In this document: piece by piece, positions 40,974 to 49,185 of the stretch
Position numbering within the stretch: the stretch's first letter is position 1
How the letters are laid out: every line of letters starts with the position of its first letter
DNA from: a virus
Taxonomy: Duplodnaviria > Caudoviricetes
DNA: 64,000 bases
Strand: one strand, 5' to 3'
IMG/VR virus record: IMGVR_UViG_3300044627_003892
Notes under the pieces: generated by a model
Seen by the model: only the letters and a program-made list of their open reading frames with translations
The model's database searches: none
What the model was told of the DNA's origin: nothing
Made by a program: the position numbers and the translations under genes

Positions 40974-41489
40974 TTATAATCCTCTAAATTCGTTTTCCAT
41001 AACAGGAGATGCGTTTATTGTTCTATAAAATGGTTTGTACCCTGCGTATGTATGCTTATTATCTGAAACAACACGACCATCATTATTAACTACATAATAT
41101 CTCACTTGAGTTTCAGTTTCATAATATCCAATATAATCGCCAAGTTCTATGTCAATTTCTAATTCATCTAAATGTTTTTGATAAACTGAAATTCTTGCAT
41201 TACCCGGTTCCATTTGATTAATCTTACTTGAACCAAGAAATTTATTTTCAGGGGCAACAATTTGTAGATAAGCTTTAAACTCAATAGGTGGTAAAAATTT
41301 AATACCATCAACGGAAGCCTCACCATACACATCATCAACATTTGTCTTCTGTTTGTCAACACGATATAGTACAAGAGTGAAGTTCATATCCCCTTCTAAC
41401 CACTCTCTACCCATACTAATATCTAAGCTATAATCTTCCGCTCCGAAAAATTTACCTAATCTTGTTATTGGAACTATTCTATTTGACAT
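40974..41489 (-). CDS. Head completion / neck protein (T4 gp14-like)
   Basis: Likely true start is the ATG at 41489 (MSNRIVPITR), 4 nt after a TATTTAT motif. Contains TNVDDVYGE and GDYIGY. Sits upstream of the gp15-like gene. Confidence 0.6.
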   Translation of the reverse strand: MSNRIVPITRLGKFFGAEDYSLDISMGREWLEGDMNFTLVLYRVDKQKTNVDDVYGEASVDGIKFLPPIEFKAYLQIVAPENKFLGSSKINQMEPGNARISVYQKHLDELEIDIELGDYIGYYETETQVRYYVVNNDGRVVSDNKHTYAGYKPFYRTINASPVMENEFRGL

Positions 41490-41546
41490 ATTGATAAATA
41501 TTTCTTTTTTGATTATTATTATAGTTGTATAGTTAATTAAAATAAT

Positions 41547-43307
41547 TTGACAACTTCTACAGGACATTTAAGTATTGAACAACAAGCAATATCCATTCTT
41601 GAAAATTATCAGGGGTCAAATAACTATATCCTTAAGTTAAAGAAACAAATTGAGTCAAATAAAAAGTATCTCCCAACGAGAGCTCAATGTGATTATGTGA
41701 TTGACTTCAATTCAGTAGTTCCAAAAGTTGCTAAAAAATGGGTTGAGATTGACTCATACTTTTCTCAAAAACTTGTTGCCGACAATCCTTTTATTAAAGA
41801 ACCTGATAAAATCTATGTTGAAAAGATTTTAATTGAGAAAGATAAATCATATCACATTTGGGGTAAGATTTTTAGTGGTGAGACTATTCACGATTTTTGG
41901 ATACCTAAAGCTGCAGTTATTAAACAACACACCGAAAACTTGGTTGATGTTGATTACACAAAATATGAAAACCGACCACCACTTGCCCACCAAAAAGAAG
42001 CCATAGAAAAATTATTAAAAAACGATAAGTTCATTTTAGCCGATGACATGGGACTTGGTAAAACAACAAGTACCGTTATCGCTTCGTTAGAAAGTGGAGC
42101 TAATAAAGTATTAATTATTTGTCCAGCATCACTTAAGATAAATTGGGAAAGGGAAATTAGAAACTATACTGATAAAACAATTTACATATGTGAAGGTAAA
42201 AAGTATGAACAGGCTGATTATGTAATTCTTAATTACGACATACTTAAAAACTTCCACGACCCAAAAGATAAATTAAACTCAATAATCCTTAATTCAAAAT
42301 TTGATTTGGTTGTTATTGATGAAGCGCATTATGTTTCAAACGCTCAAGCTCAGAGAACAAAGATTATAATGGATGTAACCAAAGACATTAAAAAACTTTG
42401 GTTATTGACGGGAACACCAATGACTTCTCGTCCTATGAATTATTATAATATTTTGAAACTTATTGATAGCCCTGTAAGTCAAAACTGGCAAGCATACGCA
42501 ATTAGATATTGTGGTGGTTATCAGTTTAGAGTTGGTGGTAAAAAGATTTGGAATGTAACAGGAGCATCTAATTTAGAAGAATTAAGAGAACGAACTTCTC
42601 GTCAAATTTTAAGAAGATTAAAAACTGAAGTTTTGGATTTACCTGAAAAAATTATGACACCTGTTTACCTCCGTTTAAAATCAAGATTATACGAAGGGTT
42701 GATGGGTGAGTATTATGATTGGTATAACAACAGACAAGACGAATCAAAATCGTTATCGGTTCAGTTCACAAAACTTATGAAAGTAAGACAAGTTATTGCC
42801 GAAGAAAAAATACCAATTACAATTGAACTTGCCGAAAACATTATTGAGCAAGGCAAAAAAGTTATTATCTTCAGTAACTTCACAGAACCTTTAAAAAAGA
42901 TACACGAACATTTTGGTAAGAAATCTGTTTATTTAGATGGTTCAACATCTAAACCTGCAAGACAAGATGCGGTTGATAAGTTCCAAGAGAGTGATAAAAT
43001 ACAAGTTTTTTGTGGTAACATGAAAGCTGCAGGTGTCGGATTAACTCTTACGGCAGGTGAAGCCGTTATTATGAATGACTTATCATTTGTTCCCGCAGAA
43101 CATAGTCAGGCGGAAGACAGAGCTTACAGATACGGACAAAAAAATTCAGTTTCAATATATTACCCACTATTTGAAAATACGATTGAAGGTGTTATCTACG
43201 ACATTCTTATAAAGAAGAAACAAATTATTGGTACGGTTATGGGTGATATAGATGAAAATTCTGTAGATATTGTTGAACAAATACTTAACGAAATCAATAG
43301 TAAGTAA
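41547..43307 (+). CDS. SNF2-family helicase (SMARCAL1/HARP-like)
   Basis: LADDMGLGKT, IICPASL, DEAH, LLTGTP, AGVGLTLT, QAEDRAYRYGQ. TTG start. Confidence 0.9.
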   Translation: MTTSTGHLSIEQQAISILENYQGSNNYILKLKKQIESNKKYLPTRAQCDYVIDFNSVVPKVAKKWVEIDSYFSQKLVADNPFIKEPDKIYVEKILIEKDKSYHIWGKIFSGETIHDFWIPKAAVIKQHTENLVDVDYTKYENRPPLAHQKEAIEKLLKNDKFILADDMGLGKTTSTVIASLESGANKVLIICPASLKINWEREIRNYTDKTIYICEGKKYEQADYVILNYDILKNFHDPKDKLNSIILNSKFDLVVIDEAHYVSNAQAQRTKIIMDVTKDIKKLWLLTGTPMTSRPMNYYNILKLIDSPVSQNWQAYAIRYCGGYQFRVGGKKIWNVTGASNLEELRERTSRQILRRLKTEVLDLPEKIMTPVYLRLKSRLYEGLMGEYYDWYNNRQDESKSLSVQFTKLMKVRQVIAEEKIPITIELAENIIEQGKKVIIFSNFTEPLKKIHEHFGKKSVYLDGSTSKPARQDAVDKFQESDKIQVFCGNMKAAGVGLTLTAGEAVIMNDLSFVPAEHSQAEDRAYRYGQKNSVSIYYPLFENTIEGVIYDILIKKKQIIGTVMGDIDENSVDIVEQILNEINSK

Positions 43308-43320
43308 GTATTTATAATTA

Positions 43321-44826
43321 ATGAAATCGTTAAATTTAGTATCAGAGTCATTAGTTAGTCGTATATTAGGTGAGGAAACTCAACCTGAAACCAAATTTTT
43401 TATTAACGAAATGAAAACCATAGGTATTGATAAATTACCTTATGGTTACGCATCATTAAGAAGATTTATTGACCCTGAAACAATGAAGTTCCATTATCAG
43501 AAACATTACAAGGGGTATGTAAAAAAATTAAATTCAGCTCTTCGTAAAAAAGATTATGGTGATGTTGAATTGGAGAATATTGTTAAACAAATTTCAAAGT
43601 ATAATACAACAATAAGAAATAACGCAGGTGGAGCATTTAATCATGCATTGTTTTGGAAAATGTTATCACCCACACCACAAAAACCAAGTGGTGAAGTATT
43701 TGAAAAGATTGTTAAACAATATGGGACGTATCGTAACTTCAAAACTAAATTTGAAGAAATCTCAAGAAAAAGATTTGGTTCAGGATGGTGTTGGTTAGTG
43801 TTAACTGATACAGGTAGATTAAAAGTTATGTCCACCTCAAATCAGGACAACCCACTTATGAATATAATAAACAAGGGTGGTTTTCCGTTGTTAGGTTTGG
43901 ATTTATGGGAACACGCTTATTATTTAAAATACCAAAACAAAAGAGACGAATATATTGAAAATTTTTGGGAAGTAATCAACTGGGAATTTGTTAATGAGTT
44001 ATACAAATCAAAAACTGAAAAAAAATTGAACGAGTCAACTTCACAAAAAAAACTTTTATACGAAAACGTATCTGACTACTCAGATATTTTTAGTAACAAC
44101 AAAAATGTTCTTTGGACTTATAGAAGATGTATTGATAATACGTTGAAAAGAGTTTTATCTGATAAATGGCATGAAAACAATCAACACTCTGAAGGTTCAT
44201 CTTCAGGTATTTACGACTTAGAACAACCAGGTCGTTCAGTAATTAATAAATTAAATACAAACTATATTGGATTTAAAATTTTAGTTGATGATTTGAATGT
44301 TGTTCTTACAAAAATAAATAAACCTACATTAAATTTTATTGGTGTGACACCTTCACAACAAGTAGAAGAGATAAATAAATTTTGTTCTTATATGGAGTTT
44401 TTTGGTGAAAGAATTTTTAAAGGGTCTAAAACTCTTGATAAAATTATGAAACTTTTAAAAAGAACCCATGATAAAGGTGGTCAACTTGAGGAGTATGTTG
44501 CAAAAAAAATCAATCAAGAATTTGGTGAGGGTACAGCAGTTGTAGTTGGTAGTTTAGGTTCAAAAGAGGATTTTGCGGGAACTGATTTAACTGTTAATTT
44601 TGACAACAAAATACAAAATGCTCAAGTAAAACCAATTTTAAGTATGGAAGTAATTGATGGTTTTTATAATATAAAAATCAGAGGGTTTGTTAAAAAATTT
44701 AATACCGACTTGTTAATTTTTTCAAATATTAACAAAGAAGTTTATATTTTTAAAAACAAAACTGTTGCCTTTAGTTCAAGTATGTTTAAAATTCCAACAC
44801 AAGATTTAATTTATACTGTGAATTGA
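43321..44826 (+). CDS. Mn/Fe superoxide dismutase fused to a C-terminal PD-(D/E)xK-like domain
   Basis: SOD motifs LPY, HYQKHYKGY, NAGGAFNHALFW, FGSGW, SNQDNP, DLWEHAYY. The C-terminal 250 aa contain GGQLEEYV...GTDLTV...AQVK. Confidence 0.85.
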   Translation: MKSLNLVSESLVSRILGEETQPETKFFINEMKTIGIDKLPYGYASLRRFIDPETMKFHYQKHYKGYVKKLNSALRKKDYGDVELENIVKQISKYNTTIRNNAGGAFNHALFWKMLSPTPQKPSGEVFEKIVKQYGTYRNFKTKFEEISRKRFGSGWCWLVLTDTGRLKVMSTSNQDNPLMNIINKGGFPLLGLDLWEHAYYLKYQNKRDEYIENFWEVINWEFVNELYKSKTEKKLNESTSQKKLLYENVSDYSDIFSNNKNVLWTYRRCIDNTLKRVLSDKWHENNQHSEGSSSGIYDLEQPGRSVINKLNTNYIGFKILVDDLNVVLTKINKPTLNFIGVTPSQQVEEINKFCSYMEFFGERIFKGSKTLDKIMKLLKRTHDKGGQLEEYVAKKINQEFGEGTAVVVGSLGSKEDFAGTDLTVNFDNKIQNAQVKPILSMEVIDGFYNIKIRGFVKKFNTDLLIFSNINKEVYIFKNKTVAFSSSMFKIPTQDLIYTVN

Positions 44827-44849
44827 TATTTATATAGAAATATCACTTC

Positions 44850-45980
44850 ATGAATACAATAATCGCAGAACCATACAGAAGTCAACTATATACAAAAGTT
44901 AGACACGTATTAGGAGCTCCAATTCGTTCAATTGAATTAGAAGATGAACAAATGGACTCAATCTTAGAATTTTCTATCGGGGACTATTCCCAATATGTTC
45001 AAGATTGGTTAATTGAATCACAATGGACTTCATTATACAATTTAAATTTAGACACACAATCTTTATCAAGAGCATTCGTAACTAAGAGTTTAGATTACGA
45101 AAACAGATACGCACAAGCATACTCTAAAATAGTTGGTTTACAATCATCCCCACTTGGTGATTGGGAACTTAAAAAAGATTTTATTACATTAGTCCCAAAC
45201 CAACAGATTTATGAAATTCCTGCAGGTCGTGAAATTAATGAATTACTATGGTTCACACCAGCAACTCTAAACAACGTATTATTTGACCCATGGAGTTTTG
45301 GAGCATTAGGTGGTACAGGTATAGGTGGACCTGGCGGTTTTGCTCAAATGGGAGGTTCAGGTTCTTACTTTATGATGCCGGCATTTGACATGTTATTAAG
45401 AATGCAAGAAATTAATATCCAAAGAAGAATTATTGGAGGTGATTTAACTTATAGAATTACAGGGTTACCTAATGGTAAAAAAGCAATTCATTTAATGCAA
45501 ACACCGGGTGGTAAATTTGATTTTGGTAATGCGTCATTAAACCATCATCAAGTTTGGTATTGGTATTATGATGTTGGTCCTGAGGATAGAGACGCTTGTT
45601 TAGCTGCAAACCCTGATATTATCAAACTTCCTTCAGATGTACCAATTAACGCAATTGCTTGGGCTGATTTAAATGAACCGGCACAACAGTGGGTTAGAAG
45701 ATATTTTGTTGCAGGATGTAAAGAAACATTATCAAAAGTTAGAGGAAAATATTCGGGTAACTTAAAGACACCTGACTCTGAGTTAACTATGGATTACGCC
45801 ACTTTAGCAACTGAAGGTAAAGATGAAAAAACAAAATTGATTGAGGAATTAATTGGTGCCGATGGTAGATTAACAAGATTAAGACCTGAAAAAATAATGG
45901 AACGAGAAGCGTTAATTGCTGAAAATCTTAACAAACAAATGAAGTTTAGAGCGTTCCCAAGAAATCTATATGTTATTTAA
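44850..45980 (+). CDS. Neck / head-tail adaptor protein (T4 gp13-like)
   Basis: RHVLGAPIRSIELEDEQMD N-terminus, WVRRYFVAGCKETLSKVRGKY, ATEGKDE near the C-terminus. Confidence 0.7.
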   Translation: MNTIIAEPYRSQLYTKVRHVLGAPIRSIELEDEQMDSILEFSIGDYSQYVQDWLIESQWTSLYNLNLDTQSLSRAFVTKSLDYENRYAQAYSKIVGLQSSPLGDWELKKDFITLVPNQQIYEIPAGREINELLWFTPATLNNVLFDPWSFGALGGTGIGGPGGFAQMGGSGSYFMMPAFDMLLRMQEINIQRRIIGGDLTYRITGLPNGKKAIHLMQTPGGKFDFGNASLNHHQVWYWYYDVGPEDRDACLAANPDIIKLPSDVPINAIAWADLNEPAQQWVRRYFVAGCKETLSKVRGKYSGNLKTPDSELTMDYATLATEGKDEKTKLIEELIGADGRLTRLRPEKIMEREALIAENLNKQMKFRAFPRNLYVI

Positions 45981-45983
45981 ATT

Positions 45984-46319
45984 ATGAGTATACAAAAATC
46001 AATTCCGATGAAACGTGTTATCGGGGAAGAAGTTTTATTAACATCACAAGTTTGTATGATATCTGATGAGATATACACAACTGAAGGTGAATCAGTGATT
46101 ATTACAAAAGAGTTAGGATTAATCGAAGTTATTTTAAATCACAAAAATACTGACCACGTAATAGTAAAAGCTCTTACAAATACAAAAATCAAACCCATTG
46201 AGGGTTTGATTGATGAAGAGTATAGTGAAATTAATATTGAAAAAGGTGCTTGTGTTGAACTATATTACGCATTTGGTTCGTGGTTTATAGTTTCGTCAGA
46301 CGGGTTGAAACAGTCTTAG
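45984..46319 (+). CDS. Hypothetical protein
   Basis: 111 aa beta-rich ORF coupled to the neck gene. Confidence 0.65.
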   Translation: MSIQKSIPMKRVIGEEVLLTSQVCMISDEIYTTEGESVIITKELGLIEVILNHKNTDHVIVKALTNTKIKPIEGLIDEEYSEINIEKGACVELYYAFGSWFIVSSDGLKQS

Positions 46320-49096
46320 ACCATTTCTTCCCATCCTTCTTCTGCTAATTCATAAATATATTCAGGGTCAATCCCTCGTTTACCCCAATACACCATTTCT
46401 TGGTCTGTAATAGTTAACAAATCTTCAATACTATCTTGGTCACCAGATTCAAAAGGAATACCATTTGTTAATCTACATTGCTCTTTAGTAAATAAACCTC
46501 TGTCTTTAGGGTCAGTGACAATTAGATTATTTCTAACTTCTTCATTAAACACAATTAACAAAGGTTCAATTCTTTTGTTAAAGGTAACAATTGCTCTCGC
46601 AACATTATATTCACCTGTCATAGTAGGGTTATTCTCTAAATCTGACGGGTCAATACGATAACAATTAAGTTGGACGTGTGAACCTAACACAGGTTCTTTA
46701 CCATGAAATAAACTATACTGTTCTTTTTCTTTTTTACTCATTTTTTCATTTACCTTCTGAACATCCCCGTGTGAAGCTTTAATTCCATTGTTTACATAGA
46801 ATATTACATCACCCAAACTAACCGCGATACCATCTCTAATTGCCAATTCCATATGGGCCATCATTGACATCATATTACCCGCCTTTGTTTTTTGGCTTGA
46901 ACGTTTCTTATAATCGTCAATAGATAGTTTCACTTTTGCTCTTTGAGCAATCTTCATTAACGGAATTTGTTGGTTAAAGATTACTTCCAAATATTCATAA
47001 TACCACTCAACAAATGCCTGTCCATTACCTTCTAACAACATCTTAATACCCTTATCCAAAAAGTCCTCAATGTAAAGTGGTAGTTTCTTACTCTTGATTG
47101 AGTTACCTGTAAGTTTAATCTTACCATTATGTTCCATTGTTGCGTAGTTCTTACGAGCAATATTCATACAAGATTTCCAAGTTCCATCACAATCAAGACC
47201 CATTGCCCCTTTCATAAACGTATCATTAAACTCTGCAACATCTGCGTCGTAACCTGTATATTCTTTACCTTCTTTAACTAACCAATTCTTACCCTTACCG
47301 ATGTATCTTCTATCGTCCACACCACCTTCAGGTAATGAGAAGTTCATACCATCCGTATCACATACAAGTGGAGTATAACCTCGTTTCATAAAGAAACGTA
47401 ACATCTGACGAAGGTATTGTCGTCCTGTGCAGGTAATTTGTTCACCCATATACATATCACCCCAGTGATATACCTGTGGGGCAGATAAAGCTCCAAACAT
47501 GCTGTTAATGAATATCTTAATCGGTAATTGTTTTCTATCGTAAGATGTTGCTTGTTTTTTGTCAATATCCTGATACTCCTTTGCCAAGTTTTTATACTTG
47601 ATACGAGTATTACGGAAGTAATTTAACATGCCCTTCATTGCACCTGTAATATCACAAGTTGGAAATACATCATGAACAAGTTGTATTGAAGGGTAAAGTG
47701 ACGAGAAGTCAAGTTTCAATACATCTGTTGAATATCCTACTTTAAGTAGTCGTGATAATCCACCAACAAACTCTGTCTTTTCATTCTTTTTAGGAATCGC
47801 TAACATGTTTTTATATGACCAAGCTCTCATTTGGATTTCCCATAATGTTGCAGTTCCCATAGTAGAAACCCTTTCATATGTTGTTGGAACCAAAGATGCG
47901 AGTAGGAATGACCCCTGATTGAATTCTTCATCAACCGTTAGAGTTTCTTCCAAGTCATCATCAAGATATCGTTCAACCAAATCATCACCTGTTGTTTTAA
48001 TGTAGATACTTGAGTGTTTAGAACAAGCGTCATCAATCTTTGGGTCAACACCCACTTTCTTATATTTTCCGTTTTGAATGTTTAACCAAAACTCTTCTTT
48101 CTTTGCGTAAAACGGACCAATGTCTGTATGGTCAATGTAAACACGGTCAGGTGCTTCCGCCTTAATGTATTGAGTAATATACTTCAAACCTGCAGATTTG
48201 ATGGATGAATTGATTGCCTGAGCTCTTCTAACTGCGTGTAATGTATCAACAACGTTATAACCCCACATGGATGTTTGGTTAAATCTCTCAACCTCATTTG
48301 CCAACTTCAACATACTTTCAGATTGTTTAATTGGATTGATTGGATTTAATGTCTTCGCAATTTTCTTAATATCTAACTTTAACGCTTTGGCTCTTTCAAA
48401 TATCCAAAACCAGTCAAAGTTAAACCCGTTGTAAGATGCGATGATACTTGGTTTAAGTTCATCTATAGTATTGAAAAATTTAATAATACCTTCTCTTTCT
48501 TGGTCTTCGTCTGAACATTCAATTACTTGACTAAAACCTTTATTGGTTTTCATTCCTATCATAAAGATACGACCATCCTTTGGTTCAAGTGAGGTCGTCT
48601 CTAAGTCAAATACAAATCTTGTGATACTATTGTAATCATCAAATCCTTTGAACAATCGTTTTTCTTTTGTAACCAAAAATTGTTCTACAGGAGGCAATAT
48701 TAAAACTAATCCTTTTGTTGTTTCACCCCATGGGTCAACACCACCATCTCTGAAAAACTGAATAAGTGAACGATAACCGTTCAATGATTTAACCATAAAA
48801 GTTAAACCTTTCTCTAATCTTTCGTTACCATCAGTTCTTAATTTTTCAATGACAATTTTATGTTTTGTCATCGCCTCTTTTTGTAATGCTTTTGAGGATT
48901 TATAAAAGTTTAATCCACGCAAATCACCTACCCAAGCAAATGGGATGAAAGTATCTTTTTTAATTTGTTTTCCGTGAATTGGGTGTTCTAAAATTTTCCA
49001 AACACAATCTTTGACGTAATCGTATTCTACACTGACGATATATTTTTCGTCATCATTTCCCTGAAGGAAATTTTCAATTTCTTCGTTTGATATCAT
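46316..49096 (-). CDS. Family B DNA polymerase
   Basis: ExoI FDLET, ExoII YNGFNFD, ExoIII YLDDD. Polymerase motifs DFSSLYPSI, KIFINSMFG, CDTDG, KNYA. No intein. Confidence 0.95.
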   Translation of the reverse strand: MISNEEIENFLQGNDDEKYIVSVEYDYVKDCVWKILEHPIHGKQIKKDTFIPFAWVGDLRGLNFYKSSKALQKEAMTKHKIVIEKLRTDGNERLEKGLTFMVKSLNGYRSLIQFFRDGGVDPWGETTKGLVLILPPVEQFLVTKEKRLFKGFDDYNSITRFVFDLETTSLEPKDGRIFMIGMKTNKGFSQVIECSDEDQEREGIIKFFNTIDELKPSIIASYNGFNFDWFWIFERAKALKLDIKKIAKTLNPINPIKQSESMLKLANEVERFNQTSMWGYNVVDTLHAVRRAQAINSSIKSAGLKYITQYIKAEAPDRVYIDHTDIGPFYAKKEEFWLNIQNGKYKKVGVDPKIDDACSKHSSIYIKTTGDDLVERYLDDDLEETLTVDEEFNQGSFLLASLVPTTYERVSTMGTATLWEIQMRAWSYKNMLAIPKKNEKTEFVGGLSRLLKVGYSTDVLKLDFSSLYPSIQLVHDVFPTCDITGAMKGMLNYFRNTRIKYKNLAKEYQDIDKKQATSYDRKQLPIKIFINSMFGALSAPQVYHWGDMYMGEQITCTGRQYLRQMLRFFMKRGYTPLVCDTDGMNFSLPEGGVDDRRYIGKGKNWLVKEGKEYTGYDADVAEFNDTFMKGAMGLDCDGTWKSCMNIARKNYATMEHNGKIKLTGNSIKSKKLPLYIEDFLDKGIKMLLEGNGQAFVEWYYEYLEVIFNQQIPLMKIAQRAKVKLSIDDYKKRSSQKTKAGNMMSMMAHMELAIRDGIAVSLGDVIFYVNNGIKASHGDVQKVNEKMSKKEKEQYSLFHGKEPVLGSHVQLNCYRIDPSDLENNPTMTGEYNVARAIVTFNKRIEPLLIVFNEEVRNNLIVTDPKDRGLFTKEQCRLTNGIPFESGDQDSIEDLLTITDQEMVYWGKRGIDPEYIYELAEEGWEEMV

Positions 49097-49119
49097 AAAA
49101 TTTAAAATGGTGTATTTGC

Positions 49120-49139
49120 TTCCGAAATTAAGGTCGGAA
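49120..49139 (-). promoter_or_regulatory. Hairpin in the DNA polymerase mRNA leader
   Basis: TTCCGA-CCTTAATT-TCGGAA (6-bp stem, 8-nt loop) ending 23 nt before the ATG. Confidence 0.55.
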
Positions 49140-49155
49140 TTTACCTTGTGTGGTA

Positions 49156-49184
49156 AGTTTAACCAATTAAACTATTAATGTCAA
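49156..49184 (-). promoter_or_regulatory. Early promoter of the DNA polymerase gene
   Basis: Minus strand TTGACA-N17-TAAACT. Confidence 0.8.
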
Positions 49185-49185
49185 A

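Noticed and set aside
41500-41546. Sigma70 promoter for the SNF2 helicase
   Set aside because: TATAGT boxes are present, but there is no acceptable -35 at 16-18 nt spacing.
41490-41567. ORF-track N-terminal extension of the neck gene (MSCRSCQ...)
   Set aside because: It overlaps the divergent SNF2 start and spans the TATTTAT motif. The ATG at 41489 fits better.
11410-49096. Introns or inteins in nrdA, nrdB, helicase, SNF2 or polB
   Set aside because: Lengths are normal, motifs are contiguous, and no C...HN splice junctions or LAGLIDADG motifs were seen.
49141-49156. Second hairpin TTACC-ACACAA-GGTAA in the polB leader
   Set aside because: Its 5' arm overlaps the -10 box and lies upstream of the expected TSS, so it would not be in the promoter-initiated mRNA.
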